Below, in pieces: positions 51,621-64,000 of a DNA stretch of 64,000 nt. Each line of letters starts with the position of its first letter. The stretch's first letter is position 1. The stretch comes from the human T2T-CHM13v2.0 reference genome, Homo sapiens, in assembly GCF_009914755.1 (NCBI RefSeq), contig NC_060931.1, one strand, 5' to 3'. The position numbers were made by a program, and so were the translations under genes. The notes beneath the pieces were generated by a model. The model made no database searches. It was not told the DNA's origin and saw nothing but the letters and a program-made list of their open reading frames with translations.

Positions 51621-52442
51621 TTTATTTTTTTGAGACAGTGTCTCGGTCTGTCATCAGGCTGGAGTGTAGCGGCACGCTCTGCTCACTGCAGCCTCAACCT
51701 CCTGGGCTCAAGTGAGCCTCCTCTTATCAGAGCAGCTGGGACCACAGGCACATGCTACCATGCCCGGTTCATTTTATTACTATTTGTAGAGAAGGGGTCT
51801 CCCTACTTTGCCCAGGCTGGTCTTGAACTTCTAGGCTCAATTGATCCTCCTACAGTGGCCTCCCAAGGTGATGAGCTTACAGTCGGATTACAGGTGTGAG
51901 CCACTGTGCCTGGCCAGTCTGCATTTTTTTGAGACAGGGTTTTGCTCTGTCATCCAGGCTGGAATGCAGTGGTGCAATCTCAGCTCACTGCAACCTCCAC
52001 CTCCTGGGCTCAAGCGATCCATCCACCCTAGCCACCTGAGCAGGTGGGATTCCAGGCACATAAAGACGGGTTTTGCCATGTTTCCCAAGCTGGTCTTGAA
52101 CTCCTGAGCTCAAGTGATCCACCTGCCTCAGCCTCCCAAAGCGCTGGGATTACAGGTGTGAGCCACCGCACCTGGCCTGCATTTTTAACAAGCAGCCCAA
52201 CTGCTGTGCAGTTGGGGCAGAACCTCAGATCACAATCAGAAAACCACGCTCCTGGACAGTGGTTCTCAAAATAGTCTCTAGACCAGCAACAACAGCATCA
52301 CCTGGAAACTTGCTAGAAATGTTAACGTTCTTGGTCTCCCCCAAAACCTATTGAACCAGAAACGCTGAGGCGAGATCTGGCAATCTGATTGCATGAGCCC
52401 TCCAGGTGATTCTGATTCATGTTAAAGTCTGTGAATCACAGG
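51621..52442. mobile_element. Two minus-strand AluJ-like elements (51621-51915, 51923-52177) and a MER5A-like element (about 52256-52442)
   Basis: Alu consensus blocks; CAGTGGTTCTCAAA...AGGTGATTCTGAT MER5A motifs. Confidence 0.8.
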
Positions 52443-52637
52443 CCTGAGAAAAGGTACAATTTCAAATCAGAAGTAAAGGGAGAAAGTTCTTCCAGCTCCT
52501 ATGGACTAGTCTTCAGTTCCCATCGACACACTGACGCTGGATCCAGCTCCTGCTGTGGGCAGTGCATGTTGGCACTGCAGGGAGGAGAAGGCCCCAGAGA
52601 CCCGAGAAGGAAGGTAGGGACCGTGGCTTCCTCTTTC

Positions 52638-52643
52638 TTTATT
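52638..52643 (-). terminator. Proximal AATAAA poly(A) signal of ABCF2
   Basis: First AATAAA I found on the minus strand, about 525 nt after the stop. Confidence 0.7.
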
Positions 52644-53167
52644 GGGCGCTTTGTAGATGTCACGCAGGTCTAAAAGTTACACTGCTAAATAATTATTTAA
52701 AAACTGACCAGGACGAAGGTCCTGGTCCGGAGCTCCAAACCAGAAGCAAAAAGGAATCGGGGCGGTGGGCTGGGGGGTACTCCTCCAACATCACCAAAAC
52801 CCAGAAAACGAGGATCCTAAGCTCCTCCGCAGGCCAAATCCAGGGCTTGGGCCCCTGGGCTAACCCGCAGGTGCCTCTGACTGCATCACACTCAGAGTAA
52901 GATAACCAGCAAGGGGCTGGAGGGAACGGCCAGCCGAGTCCAGACATGGACAGATGTAACTGGAAGGAGGACAGGAAACAGACAGGTACTGTCCAGCTGT
53001 AGGTAAGAGAGTGCAGCTAAGGCAGGTTGAGGGGCAGGGGAGAGGCTGGGGGAGCAGTATTGCAGCAATGCAGGAGTGTAGCCCCAGGGTCCTGTCCTGA
53101 GCGGCTGGTCAGGTTAGCAGCTGTTAGTTCCCAGATGGAGCTCCTGACCCGAACCCAGGTAGAGGGC

Positions 53168-64000
<10,833 letters not shown>

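Overview
Human (primate, Alu-rich) genomic DNA that I recognise from the encoded proteins as the chromosome 7q36 GBX1-ASB10-IQCA1L-H2BK1-ABCF2 interval. All five genes lie on the minus strand in tandem. I rebuilt exon structures by hand from splice signals and phase continuity. They are: GBX1 exon 1 (exon 2, the homeodomain, lies left of the window); complete ASB10 with two alternative first exons (467 and 452 aa); complete 19-exon IQCA1L/DRC11L (818 aa, one GC-AG intron, degenerate AAA motifs); the intron-containing, polyadenylated histone variant H2BK1/H2BE1 (122 aa); and ABCF2 from within exon 3 to the stop. No CRISPR array, tRNA or rRNA is evident. I found no clearly new gene family. The most unusual feature is the ABCF2-H2BK1 junction. 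The ABCF2 stop codon sits inside a splice donor that joins to histone exon 2 in a shifted frame. A second GT 2 nt away would give an in-frame ABCF2-histone-fold fusion, and the read-through stop overlaps an AUG of the histone frame. Other candidates are an oocyte-type H2BK1 promoter, a perfect 16-bp palindrome upstream of it, an orphan CpG-island promoter with candidate non-coding exons upstream of GBX1, tandem CTCF motifs, homeodomain-site clusters, a nested transposon stack and several tandem repeats. Repeat subfamily names and repeat boundaries are by eye and approximate.
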